A DNA stretch of 64,000 nucleotides, taken from assembly GCF_006345805.1 (NCBI RefSeq), contig NC_043013.1:19778001-19842000 (forward strand), read 5' to 3'. Position numbers and translations under genes: made by a program. Origin of the DNA: Octopus sinensis (lineage: Eukaryota). The notes under the pieces are model-generated. The model was not told where the DNA came from. It made no database searches and worked only from the letters and a program-made list of their open reading frames with translations. Positions 25,836 through 40,089 of the stretch are shown in pieces. Within the stretch, counting starts at the first letter, position 1, and every line of letters begins with the position of its first letter.

Positions 25836-26991
25836 ATTATTATTATTATTATATTATTATTATTATATCAACATTTTTAACGTGACCCACCTTTCATTAT
25901 TCGGGGTATTATAAGGAATATAAAAAGATTGAAGTTAGACTTCACGCGTTTAGCTAATTTCTTCAATGTATCAATATCATTATTATTTGCTACCTTTCAT
26001 CAGTCAAGTTATTATTAGAAATATAAACAAACGAAGAAATAAATGCCAAAATGTCTGACACAAAATGTTGTAAATAAGTTTTTAATTTTCTGGACTGTTA
26101 ACTTCAGTTTTATGGTGTAATACATTTACAAAACGAAAAAAAAAATTAACGGTTATAGTCACTGAACTGCGGCCATACTGGGACACAAACTTCAAGGTAT
26201 TCATTCGATTATATCGACAGCAATTTTTGTCTGGTACGTAATTTATCGATATATTTTTCGGATCGATAAACTACGCTTTGACAGAAAGGCGTACAACTGC
26301 GCTGACTCAGACCATAAGCACAGACACATATATATATGCAAAGATACATTCACACGCGCACACGCTCACACATACAAACCCACGCATAATAAAATCTATT
26401 AACTAAAACCAATGGAAACTTCGTTCAGTATAAATGTTCTATGATCACATGCAGAACGAGAGCAACTTATTTCAATGCTGCTCAGCAGCTGACGTCATCC
26501 GTTTCTCTCTCAAACAATCTTCATCAGGAGCTCCATATATATGCGCGTGTATGTGTGTGTGTGTTCTCTTGTTTTTGTATTCTTTTAGTGGCTTCAGTTG
26601 TATATAAATGTAAGAATGAAGTGTTTAATGTTTAAGAATGAAATGAAGAAAGTGCAACAATAACGTTCACACTCACTGATGGTCGCTCTCAGTAACTGCC
26701 TTTAGCTTACGGAGTTCTTGTTTTTATAACTATCCAAAAGCTATTAGAAGGATAGATATATAGTTGAGAACAAATGATTTCGTTGGAGGTCTGTTATCTC
26801 CATTCCAGCCCCTGGTAGCCTACGTACATACATGCATATATATATATAACTTATAAAATAAGGGCAAAAGAAAAATTATAATGCCAAATATGCCGAAAAA
26901 CAGACAAAATTGTCAATAACCATTAAAATTAATGCGTCTCGAAAACATATATATATGTATGTATATATATATATGTATGTATATAAATATT

Positions 26992-27056
<65 letters not shown>

Positions 27057-27202
27057 TATATATATATATATATGTATATATGTATATATATATATATATA
27101 TAATATATATATACATACATACACACACACATATATGTATATATATATACATACATATACATATACATATACATATATATACGTATATACATATATATAT
27201 AT

Positions 27203-27244
<42 letters not shown>

Positions 27245-27247
27245 ATA

Positions 27248-27733
<486 letters not shown>

Positions 27734-27823
27734 CATACACACACACATATATGTATATATATATACATACATATACATATACATATACATATATATACGT
27801 ATATACATATATATATATATATG

Positions 27824-27865
<42 letters not shown>

Positions 27866-27868
<3 letters not shown>

Positions 27869-28239
27869 TAGAAAAAACACTATTGCCACTATTATGCAAT
27901 TCAAACAATGATAGACATAAACCAAATCATAAATAAAAAAATAGAATATATTCTTTAAAAACATATAACTAGATTATAAAAAGGACAAAAATGAATAAAC
28001 AATACATAATAAGTAAAAAAAAAACTTATTACATTTTGATGCAGCACAGAATTTCGTCAGTGAACAGGTCGCGGTCTCAAAGCGACGAAAATATTTTGAC
28101 AAATTAAATTTAAATGTTGAAGTGAATCTAACATTTTGTGTGTTACTTAAATCGCTTAGAAACACGTTCCACGCTGCAGTTGTTTTCGTTCCCGCACACG
28201 ATCTCAGATCAGGTCACTTGCTACGAAAGTACACCTTCG

Positions 28240-28242
<3 letters not shown>
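27866..28242 (+). mobile_element. Family H4 copy 2 (tandem)
   Basis: Differs from copy 1 only by homopolymer-type indels as far as can be read. Confidence 0.75.
28056..28100 (+). ncRNA. Minimal type I hammerhead with G3-C8 core, copy 2
   Basis: Identical to 27438-27482; offset 618 bp. Confidence 0.65.
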
Positions 28243-28276
<34 letters not shown>

Positions 28277-28296
28277 TATATATATATATATATATA

Positions 28297-28336
<40 letters not shown>

Positions 28337-30763
28337 TAATATATATATATATATATATTATATTATATTATATATATTATATTATATTAAATTAGAGATA
28401 AAACCACTGTTAGGCAAATCACATATATATATATGTATGTTTAACAAAACAGTCTATGAGGAGATTTTATCTCCGATAATTCCACAGAACCATACCTTCA
28501 AAGAGTTTGTATTTATTTAGTAGGAAACATAGATGGTGAGAGATGGTGGTGTTCCTCTTTAGAATTTTTGCAGCAACGCTGCGGTTATTTGCGAAGAAGA
28601 GTCACTGGTATAGACAGGCACACTCACGATTATTATAATCCTCATAGCAATAAGCTCACGTCAAATATTCAATTCTAAGTTTGTTTATTAATAAAAAAAA
28701 TACGGTTTGCGTGACGAGTTTTCAGCAGTTCGTTTCTATTTTGAGCTGTTTGTGCGCTGATATATCTAATCGTTTCGAATTGAGGTATCAATGTTGACTT
28801 GAGGTTAGTCATCACTCATTAATCTGACTACTATCAAGTCTAGAACAAACATGACATGAGGGCAGATGACATACGTTGTAGAAAGAATCTATTCTCTGGA
28901 GAACTGGTCTTCTGTGGTTGCAAGAATTCTATAATTGCTTTTGTCCACTGTATTGGCTACAGACAGGAAATAAGAAGTGACGTGTATTAAATCTGTTCAC
29001 TGTTTTTCCAAATAATTCGAAAATGTGGTTTTCCTTTGACATAAAATCTAATTTTCTGATGGTTTCACCGGTTATAAAGTCATTATCTAATAAGATTATT
29101 CTACCATCTTCATCTTCATCATCATCATCGTCGTCGTCATCGTCGTCGTCATCAACATCATCATCATCATGATTGTCATCTTCAAGAGAGGTGTTAGAGG
29201 AGTAATAGAGACAACATCCTGCGTTAGTTCCTTTCCGATTTCAAATCCTGATGTGGTCGACTTTGCATTTCGATACTTTCGAGATTGATAAAATGAAATA
29301 AAGTGAAATAAAGTGAAATACTGGAGTCTGTTCAACGGACTTAAACTATTTCACCGCTATCGGTTGTGTCTGTTATTTTGGTAAAATTCGTCAACAGGCG
29401 GAAAGAATAACGACGCATCTCTAATTTCTTTCCCTTCTTTTATGTTGCGAGTTCAGACCCATCTCGGATCGACATTGAATTTCAGAGTCTTCCAGAGTCA
29501 GTCAGATAAAGTACCTTTCACATTCTAGAGATGATATAGACAAATTGTTGATCTCATATCAATGTTAAAATTCCCTATACTCTAAAATTCATCATAACTT
29601 CGATATAAACAAAGCTGCCAGATGTCACCCACTCGAGTATTTTCCAAGAGTGACACGTGTTTGGGCGTGCCACGTCAGGAGTGTCACTTTGCACAGGTTT
29701 CATCCATTTCTATTCAAAGAATTCAGTTTTACATTTCGGCATCTATTTTCGTTTTCGTGCAGTAAAACATGAACATTCTGTAATATTCTAAACTTCTAGA
29801 AATTTGGATCAAAGCTATCTCATGAAGGGATATTGATATCACCGTTTATATTAACACTGGACGTTCGCCTCGGAGGGATCTGAACTCCGAAAGTTAAAAG
29901 CCACTACTAAATGTTACGAGATATTTTGTCCAATAAATATTTCTCCGATTTCTTTAAACTTCTGACTTTTGAATAACCACAAACTAAAATATATTCTCGG
30001 CAATAACAAGCTGAAGCCTGATATATCTCACATTTCGAAACATACTAAGGCTTCAAAACAAAATTACATTTTAGAATAGAATTGAGTATTATATTCTTCA
30101 TAACAAAAGTTAATAATACAATAGTGCATTCTTCGGTGTGGAACTTCATAATTGGGTATCTTACTTTACATTGTGGAATTTTATAATTCAGTATTATATT
30201 CTATAAAGGTGGCTAGCTGTGGCAGAAAGGTTACCAGATCGGTCAAGATGCCTAAGTGGCATTACTACCAGCGATATTTTGTTTTCAGTTCAAATGCTGT
30301 CCAGTTCGACTTCGCCATTTCATCCTTTCAGGTTCGATAATATTTATATATGTACCGGATGAGCACTGGCGTCGATTATTTCGACGCCAGTGCTACAAAA
30401 TTTCAAACTTTGAGCCTATATTACAAAAAATATATATTCTGTATAAATAACAACTCTATCGTTTCGAGTTTGTTCCTCTGGTCGACATACAGTTATCTTC
30501 TGTCATGGACTTCGAGTGACAAATAACTTATGAAGGAATATGTAGTAAACAGGAAAATTCAGAAGCCATAATACAAATACATACATAATACATGCACGCG
30601 CGTGTTGATACATTTTGCGTGTTCAAGTGTGTACCTGTGTTTATGTTTATATCGGTTTGAGTCTGGCATCATATGTCATGTTCTATAACTCAGTTGACCA
30701 ACAAACTGATTTCGATGAATGAAGGATCAGAATGTAATAACTTCTTTTAGCGCTAAGGCATCA

Positions 30764-31320
30764 ACCTGGCAGAATCGTTTGCACGCCGGGCGAAATGCTT
30801 AGCGGTATTTCGTCTGCCGGTACGTTCTGAGTTCAAATTCCGCCGAGGTCGATTTTGCCTTTCATTCTTTTGGGGTCGATAAATTAAGTACCAGTTATGC
30901 ACCGGGGTCGATATAATCGACTTAATCCGTTTGTATGTCTGTGTTTGTCCTCTCTGTGTTTAGCCCCTTGTGGGTAGTAAAGAAATAGGTATTTTGTCCG
31001 TCTTCACGTTCTGAGTTCAAATTCCGCCGAGGTCGACTTTGCTTTCATCCTTTCGCGGTCGATGAAATAAGTACCAGTTACGCACTTGGGTCGATATAAT
31101 CGACTTAATCCGTTTGTCTGTCCTTGTTTGTCCCCTCCGTGTTTAGCCCCTTGTGTGTAGTCAAGAAATAGGTATTTCGTCCGAGTTCAAATTCCGCCGA
31201 AGTCGATTTTGCTTTTCATCTCTTCGAGGCCGATAGAATTAGTACCAGTTGGACACTGATGTCGCCGTAATCGACTTACCCACCCACTCATGAAATGGCT
31301 GCTTTGTGCCAAAATTTGAA
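30764..31320 (+). mobile_element. Head-to-tail S1 SINE trimer
   Basis: Units 30764-30990, 30991-31173 and 31174-31320 joined at aaataGGT|atttcgtc. Confidence 0.85.
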
Positions 31321-32104
31321 ATCGATAGTTTGTAGCGCTTATATAATCACCTCTAGGTTTTTAGTTCAAACACTATGAGGTTGACGTCACCCAGCAACTG
31401 AAGTACAATTAAATAAATAAGAGTTCTGTAGTGTCTGAAAAGAGTAGGTATACAGTACATTCTCCATTCAATACGGACTTGTTCAAAGATAGACAGCAAT
31501 AATTGTAGGTAAGTTATTAAAAATTTAATATCATAAATTAATTTATTGAAAGTAAAAAAAAATATTCTTCTTATAATAAATATATTCAAAGTTAAATTGT
31601 AATGAATATTAACATTTATTGATGAGGGAATTTTAAACAAAATGCGAATAGTCACACAAACAAGTAAACAAGCAAGAAATGTGAGAGATTATAATATCCG
31701 AACAATTTTGCACCAATCCCACATCGTTAGAATATATTGATGCTTATTGGACATGGTTAAAACAGGAAATTTGCGGAGAGGGATAAAAAAAAATTACTTT
31801 TCAAAGAACAATTTAATTAGCGAAGTTAATCATATTCGTGAGTGAGTGTGTGCGTGAGCATGCACGTGTATATGTATTTACGTATGAGTGTATGTTGGTA
31901 GACATGTATGTATGTATGTATGTATGTATGTATGTATGTATGTATGTATGTATGTGTGGGTGTAATGTATATATGCATAAATGGATGTACATATGTATGT
32001 GTATGTATCAATATGCATGTCTGTATAATCTCATATATATATATATATATGCATATATATATATACACATATATACATATATATATATATACATATATAT
32101 ATAC

Positions 32105-32201
<97 letters not shown>

Positions 32202-32785
32202 TATATACTATACATATATATGTGTATGTATATACACATACATACATATATATTTGCATATATGTGTATGAGTGTGTGAGTGTGAATACACACATACACA
32301 CACACACACTGACACTCTTACATATATGCACACATATAGAGGCGCACACATATAAATAATATACTCACCAGCACTCTCCAGACAGATATTTATGTATGTA
32401 TGTGTGTATATATGCAGGTAAGTAGGTAGATAGCTAGACAGACATCATATAATCAGACAGATTGACTGGTTTTAGAAGTTAAAATATCAAATATTATTTC
32501 AAATGAAAAACAATTTCTATAGAAAAATTATCAAGGATTTAATTATTCCATCACGCATATTTGGGGTATTCATGAACAGAGAAATATATAGACAGCCATT
32601 CAGACCGAGAGACATATGGCAATAAAGACATATCTATAGAGACAAAAAAACAGATGGATACAATAGATAGACAGACAGACAAACAAACAGACAGACAGAC
32701 CAGACAGACCAAACAACCAGAGAGGCCAGACATACAGATTGATAGATAAATAGACAGAAAAACAGACAGACAAAGCGAACTACAG

Positions 32786-32845
<60 letters not shown>

Positions 32846-32847
<2 letters not shown>

Positions 32848-33273
32848 GTTTCTTTATTGGCCACACAGGGCTGCACACAGATGGGACAAGTTACAAGGTA
32901 GAGCTTTTCTTTTGGGGGATGAAGAGAACAAAAAACAAAAGAAAAAAAGAAGAAAGGGGTGGCGTAGGTTTTCGATCAAGAGGGATCGTAAAAGGGAAGA
33001 AAAGAACAAAAAAAAAATTGAATAAAATAAAAGGAATAAAAAGAAAAAAAAGAAAAGGAAAAGGAACAAAAGGAAAGAGAAATGAAAAAAGAAGAAAAAA
33101 GGGGAAAAAAGGGGGAAGAGGAAAAAAACGATCAATAGGGATCGTGTATCACAGTATTATGATATATGGTGTAAAGGGGAAAGCAAGTAAGGTTTATCCG
33201 TGGGATGAAAAGCCTACGAAAAAGACCACGGTAACCTTGGTCAATATTGTTATATGTTACCACATTTGTTTGC

Positions 33274-33275
<2 letters not shown>
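32846..33275 (-). mobile_element. Probable LINE 3' end embedded in (GATA)n
   Basis: On the minus strand it ends ...gtggccAATAAAgaaact then (TATC)n; GATA arrays on both sides; no coding motif recognised. Confidence 0.55.
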
Positions 33276-33327
<52 letters not shown>

Positions 33328-33554
33328 CATACATACATACATACATACATACATACATACATACATACATACATACATACATACATACATAGAAAGAAAT
33401 ATGACAAAAAGGAATGAAAAGGAAGATAATAAGGTATTGAACAATTGAATGTCCAAAAACATGGAAAGCCGGAATATGCAACGGTTTTGAGTGTTAAAAG
33501 ATGCATAAGAACAGCAGCCAAACTATATCAGGATATTGTTATATTGACATATCG

Positions 33555-33715
33555 GCGCAGGCGTGACTGTGTGGTAGGAAGCTTGCTTCCCAACCACACG
33601 GTTGAGGGTTAAGTGTCACTGTGTGGTACCTTGGGCAAATGTCTTCAGCTATAGCTGCGGGTCGACCAAAGTCATTCGAGTAAATTTGGTCGACGGTGAA
33701 ACTAAAAGAATATAT
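33555..33715 (+). mobile_element. SINE family S2 head
   Basis: gcaggcgtgactgtgtggtaggaagcttgcttcccaaccac. Confidence 0.85.
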
Positions 33716-33729
33716 ATGTATATATATAC

Positions 33730-33776
<47 letters not shown>

Positions 33777-33905
33777 CATACATACACACTTACTACAGAA
33801 GCCATGTGCCAACAGATTGTGGGGTCTGATGATACGCTGTTTAGCTAAGCACTTTATGGATGTAAAACCCTCTGTAATCCAATAGATTAGCCTTATATAT
33901 ATATA

Positions 33906-34260
33906 TTTTTTTCCAAATACGCCAGCTAAACTAAGTTGTACTGTCTATTAGTCGTAACACACCCGGTGTTTTTGTCCTGTTTTTACCATTATTGTTTTTT
34001 TGTATTTTATATTCGTGTGGCATCGTCCGTTTTTCTGTCCCTGTTTCGTATACATTCGAGCCTTTTTCCAAGAAATCTAATGCTCGTAGCTTAGTTTTTC
34101 CTTGGGGCTGGCCGGATCGGAGTGATCTCAAGATTATTCAGCCGAAATTGCTAGGATGATCCGGTTCTTGACTGAAGATTGAAGGCTTCGTATGTCCCGT
34201 CCGGGTTTTTTGTATCGTCTTCTAAATGTTTTACGTTCTTGTCCCAGTTTGTATTTTTCT
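33906..34260 (+). mobile_element. (TA)n-flanked element, family H2, copy 2
   Basis: TA tracts on both sides; 3' half homologous to 652-815. Confidence 0.7.
34106..34178 (+). ncRNA. Strand-reordered hammerhead-like motif (H2 copy 2; four helices intact)
   Basis: GGCTG34106-10/CAGCC34139-43; CCGGATC34112-18/GATCCGG34158-64; GTGAT34122-26/ATTGC34147-51; C34127; TCAAGA34128-33/TCTTGA34166-71; GAA34144-46; CTGAAGA34172-78. Confidence 0.62.
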
Positions 34261-34930
34261 ACATATATATATATATATATATACATATTGACTTAACTAG
34301 CTATCATACCTATCCTCAGTAAGTCATGCGTTATACTGGCTCTTGCTCCAGTTTTCTCTTTAAGTAGTGAAGTAAACTCAAGCTTCTGACCGTATCATGC
34401 ATACACCACTTCTCTGAGGAAATCAAACAGACACGGAAAAAAGGCTGGAGAGGAGAGAAAGGCGAAGGCTAAGAGTTTTTCTCTGAAACACTGGAATATC
34501 ACATGGTACGTCTATTATCGCTGCCTATTCAATATCTTTCTCCGTGAAAAGTGATATCAGTGAATCTCGGTTGGTGATAACGTACACTGAAAGGATCTTC
34601 TACATAAATACTTGACTTACTGAATGTAGCAGCCCAATGACCTCAACTCTTAAATTAGCAATGGTCACTTTCGACAATGACATATATAAGTCAACAATAC
34701 GTGACTGTGTGTGTGTATGTGTATGTGTGTGTGTAGGTGCAAGCATATACACTCATTATATACATATACATATGTGTGTGTGTATATTTATATATACACA
34801 AATATAGGCATTTTTGTAGTCTAGTCGTCTCTAATATTATTGGAATATCGGTTCATAATTGATATTAATGTATACCAGAGAGAGTACAGGTGTTGTATAA
34901 AGTTTAGCATCAGTGAAGATAGCAAAAGAA

Positions 34931-34992
<62 letters not shown>

Positions 34993-35949
34993 TGATGATG
35001 ATGAGGCGGAGGAAGGGGACAACAACAAAAACAATAATAATAAAAATGATATTAAGACGAGCTACAGCAACAGCAATAACAGCAATACAATGAAGTAAAA
35101 TAAAACAAACAAAGAAAAAAAGGAAGCAAAAGCCAAAAATATTAAGACCAAGAGGACATCGTTTGATATTTTATGATATCCATATTTGAGAGGAGATAAA
35201 TCTACATAAATTCTTGACTGCCTGCCGTGACTGGTAGACTAACCCTCATGCCATGAATAGAGAGTATTGATTTACATACAACTCATCGTCTACCTCGAAT
35301 ATATATACAAACCACAGTAATAAGACACACCTATATTTTCCAGCTGCCATTTTCAGCTGTTTTTTTCATTTGATTGCCAGGCAAATAGACAATGCATGAT
35401 TATGTTTCCAATACATATATGCTTTCATGCACACTTGCACACATGCGTACACATGTCCAATGCTATAGTTAAATGCAAAAGTTCTATATATTTGGTATTC
35501 TGTCCTGTCTACATCCAGCGACTTCCACGAACGGTATATACGGTACTGTCGTCCGTCATATATTTATGCACAGCTATTAAGATTTTCAGCTATACACACA
35601 AACATACGGATACACAGGCACACACAGACGCGTACATGCATGTTTATATGTATATGTGTGTGTGTATGTATATAAATATGTGTGTGTATATACATATGTG
35701 CGTATACATATATAAATGTATATAAATATGTATATATATATATATCTATCTATATATACATATGTGTGTGATATATATAAATTTATACACCTATATACGT
35801 ATACATACTCATACACATACAATAAGAAAAGTTTGTGTGGGTTGCACATGCCCGCATAGACAGGCACACATACATATGAATAAATAGATATTTATATATA
35901 CACACATATATATACATATATACACATATATATACATACATATACATAC

Positions 35950-35998
<49 letters not shown>

Positions 35999-36389
35999 AT
36001 ATATATTATATATACATATATAATATATATATATATTATGGGGTTGTATGTGTATGGCACATGCGTGGATTTGTGCTGAGAAGCTTGCTTCCCAATCACA
36101 AGGTTCCACTGCGTGGCACATCTGACAAGTATTTCCTTCTATTGACAAAAGATTTGTGAATGGATTTGGATGACGGAAATTGATAGAAGTTACTCATACA
36201 TATATTTACATATATATATATATATATATATGGGGGGGGGGTCTTCCTGTTTGTGTTGCTCCTCAACAAATGACAACCGGCGATGGTTTGTGCTCGTCAC
36301 CGTAACATAGCGAAGTAAGTAGGTCCTGGGGTCGATTTGTTTGACTAGCGCCTACAAAGTTGCGTGCTCTCTCTCTCTCTCTCTCTCTC

Positions 36390-36461
<72 letters not shown>

Positions 36462-37635
36462 CGCACGTACGTATGTTTGGCCGTTGTTTCTAGTACAACC
36501 CAAACCACCCTCCACTTCCATTCTCACATGTATTGATGTTTTTTCAAAATTTTTCTCCCGTTAAGCACATTATATAGGATGATGATTTCGAAGTATGCGT
36601 GGCTCTTTTGTGGAATATAAGCAACAAAAATAAAATTGTAATGTAAATTTTTACCCCCACTTCAGTCAAGCGAAACGGCGTGTGTAAGACAAATCACTTT
36701 CTAATTAAAAAAAGTATGCTATTAAAATAAATTATCGTTTACGTAACTCTTTTTTAAATCACTGAATAAATGCCAGCAATGACCTTCTGAGGATCTCCAA
36801 TATTTCAAATTATAAACAGAAACGATCAGAGGTCGGGAATGGTGTTGCAAAAAGGTCATCATTTTTAAAATTTTATTTTTTATAGCCTATTTATGGGGTG
36901 AAAAATATTGAAAAACATCAATACTTGCGAGAGTGATAAGAAAGGAGATGGGTTTGTGTTGCGATGTGCCAGAAACTTTTAGCTCTGAAAATGTTAACGA
37001 TTTTGTTGAATATTTTTACCGAAAAGGCTCCTTCCATGGTTTTCAAGTGGAAAAAAGAATTGGCCAAAATAGGTCCGCAGAGGGATGATGAGGGAGGAGG
37101 GGTTGTAAGATATATGTTTTCAAAACATTTTTTATACAAAGATGCCTCCCACTCCATCCCATCATTTCGAAGGCAGTGGTTTAAACAGAGTAGTTCTAAC
37201 AGATTAGTTAAAAAAAAAGTAGTTCCAACGTATTGGTCTTCGTGATCCCAAACTCCTCTATCCATCACCTCGGAAAAACGTTTCCCACAAATTTCTTTAT
37301 AAACGTAATCTATGGCGTATGAAAGGTATTTGTGTTGACTTTCATTAAAAGATATCCATTTTCCTGAATGTTATGAGGGAAAAATTCGGATCGTGTGAAT
37401 TTTCCAAAACTTCACCCTTCGAAAAATTCTTTCCCATAAATCTCTATATACTCCGAACCCACAACATCTAAGCGGTATTTGGAGAAAATTTTATTAAAAA
37501 GTATCCCTTTTCTATATGCTATGAAGTAACACATTTGGGGACGTATACATCTTTAGTTATGCCCATTTATTTATACGTGTTTTTTTTTTATTTCACGTTT
37601 ATTTCATTCATTGTTTGCAATGTTCTCTCTCACAG

Positions 37636-37702
37636 ACGTACACACTGCAAATCTTACAGATGGGCTGCTGGATTGAAATTTCTATGCTGCTTTGAGTGGA
37701 AG
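37636..37702 (+). CDS. Candidate 67-nt internal exon (RTHCKSYRWAAGLKFLCCFEWK), product unknown
   Basis: tgttctctctcacAG acceptor, AAG|GTAAAA donor, one open frame; no homology recognised. Confidence 0.25.
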
Positions 37703-37849
37703 GTAAAACTTGACAAACTGCTTTCACCTCCGTAGTTGGACTACCATGATGTTTGCTCAAAAAAGAGATTATGGCTGTGATAAAACAGTGAAAGCAAATG
37801 AACACTATTATACAAAGAAATAATAGTGCGGTCTTTCTGATAGTATATA

Positions 37850-38680
37850 TATACACACACAGTCCGCCAAAATATGTATACACACTTTAGGAAAGGAAAG
37901 ATCGCTATATTTTAATACTAAATTTATTCAGACACCACGGGATTGTTACAAGTTACCTTTGGACTCTACAATTACAAGAGGTGCTCAAAGTGTTGGCCAT
38001 TGGCTTCCAGACTACTTCTTGGGCAACGTTAACCAAAGTGTCCTGCAGGTTGCTGCTCGAGGATTTTTCAGTATTTTGTCTTAGTTCGTCGACACACGAC
38101 ATCCTTTAGGGACCCCCATATGTCAAACTCTGCATGTGTTAAATCAGGAGTACGTGAGCGGAACTTGACTGCACCTCTTCTTAGCCTTTCAAATTGCCAT
38201 TGTGATAGGCTCGCACGCCTTGATGGTAGTGTGGCAGCATGCTGAGTTGTTGAAAGAAAAATCATTTCCATAAAGCTCATGAATGGCAGGTAAGCTTGAT
38301 GTGCGTAGCAAGTCTAGGTGTGCCTAACCAGTAACAGTACCTTCAAAGAAAAGTGGCCCTATTAAGCCTCTAGCTGACACTCCTCACCAGACATTGACAC
38401 CTGGTAAATTGACCGCTTTGTCCAGATGTGCGTGAGGATTTTCTGATGACGAGTAAACACATGTCAGCTCACTTTTTCATTTGGCTCAAATTGTACTTTA
38501 TCTGACCGCACAATCTTTCTCACCAGCTCTCCGTCCATGCTTACAATATGTTAAAGCTACTCACAAAACTGGATCCTTCAATCTGAATCGTCTTCACCAA
38601 TTGCATGTAATAATCTTCAGATGTAAACTTTTCACTTAGCTTTTTTAAGAATGTGCCGTATACTTGTACTGATTACTCCT
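37850..38680 (-). mobile_element. Tc1/mariner transposase remnant
   Basis: RRGAVKFRSRTPDLTHAEFDIWGSLKDVV is a decayed W.PRSPDL.P.DF.LWG.LK motif; TIR-like end after a TA run at about 37852. Confidence 0.7.
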
Positions 38681-39187
38681 GTTTCACGTGCACCTTGTAT
38701 GGTAGACTGCTGTGGAAATGTGTGAAGTATTCCACCACCATAACCGAGGAAGCATCACTTCTTACTGTACAAGGTGTGCCAGATTTTCGCTTATGTATAT
38801 GATACACGGTATCATGAGCTTTAAATCCATCACGAATCCGTGGAATTGGGAAAGGCGTTGAAGGTGTTCGAAACACACGGCTCCACTGACTTTGAACTTC
38901 AACAATATATTCTTAGATTTGTAATATCACTTTGAAATGATATTACACACACACACACACACGCACACATGTATGTATACAGCGATTTATGTATACATAT
39001 AGAGAATGATGATGTAAATTTAATATGACAAGAAGACGAATATTTACTATAGTCCTTATGGAGTTGAAATATATATTTTTACAAGTGCACAACAGTCTGC
39101 TCATGCATACATAAATGTATGTATGTATAAATATATATACTCATTCATATATATCTGTGTGTGTGTGTGTGTGCGTGTCTGTGTGTG

Positions 39188-39226
<39 letters not shown>

Positions 39227-40030
39227 CTGTGTGTGCGTGTCTGTGTGTGTAAATGAGGTGAACCCAATAGATAAAACTGGAAATAATAAGCGAACTAAAA
39301 TAAAGAATCAGTATGCCAGAAGAAATGTATTTGGTATTCTGCGACAATAAGTGGAATAAGTAAAATGGTAAAATATTTGCTGAAAAAAAACCCAGTTAAA
39401 TGTCTTCTCTATACTGTAGATACTGTTAGAGAATGAAACTAAATATTCGCAAGAAAAAAAAAAGAAAGTGATATAAAGTTTTCTAGACTGATAGAAAAAA
39501 ATGCAACTTATATTTGTTCGCAAAATACGATAATATCTTGGGCGGTGAACTTTCAAACAGTGTTGTTCTCAGTAAGTCTCGTGTGTTAGGTGCTGAAAGG
39601 TGAAAAAAAGCCACTATAAAACAATGCCTGGACAGTCTAATTGCTGGTGAAATTGGAAAAAATAAATGTAAAGCAAATTAAGAAGGAGCTGTGTCTAACT
39701 GACAGTGACTGGATAGTTAAATAGATGAAGCAATAGAGAGAGTTGGCGAAAGAATTTAGAATATGAAGGGAGGTGTGTTAATGTATTAGGGTAAGTTGAA
39801 ATTACTAAATTAGATTTATTGTTATGCAAGTAATAATCTGAGAAATACTTAAGTAGGAACCAAGAAAAAACTATAAGCGACGGAAAATGGCCTACCAAGT
39901 CGCAAAATTGAATAATATATATAATAATGATATGCATGCATGTATATATATATATATATGCACATGTATATGTATATATATGCACATGTATATGTATATA
40001 TATGCACGTGTATATATATGCACGTGTATA

Positions 40031-40075
<45 letters not shown>

Positions 40076-40089
40076 TCACATACATGCAT

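Noticed and set aside
28563-28607. Possible 45-nt exon NFCSNAAVICEEESL
   Set aside because: Weak donor and no recognisable homology
36640-37560. Possible MITE or DNA transposon interior and a 93-aa ORF
   Set aside because: Only short inverted motifs (ttttacccc/ggggtgaaaa); no definable ends or protein motif
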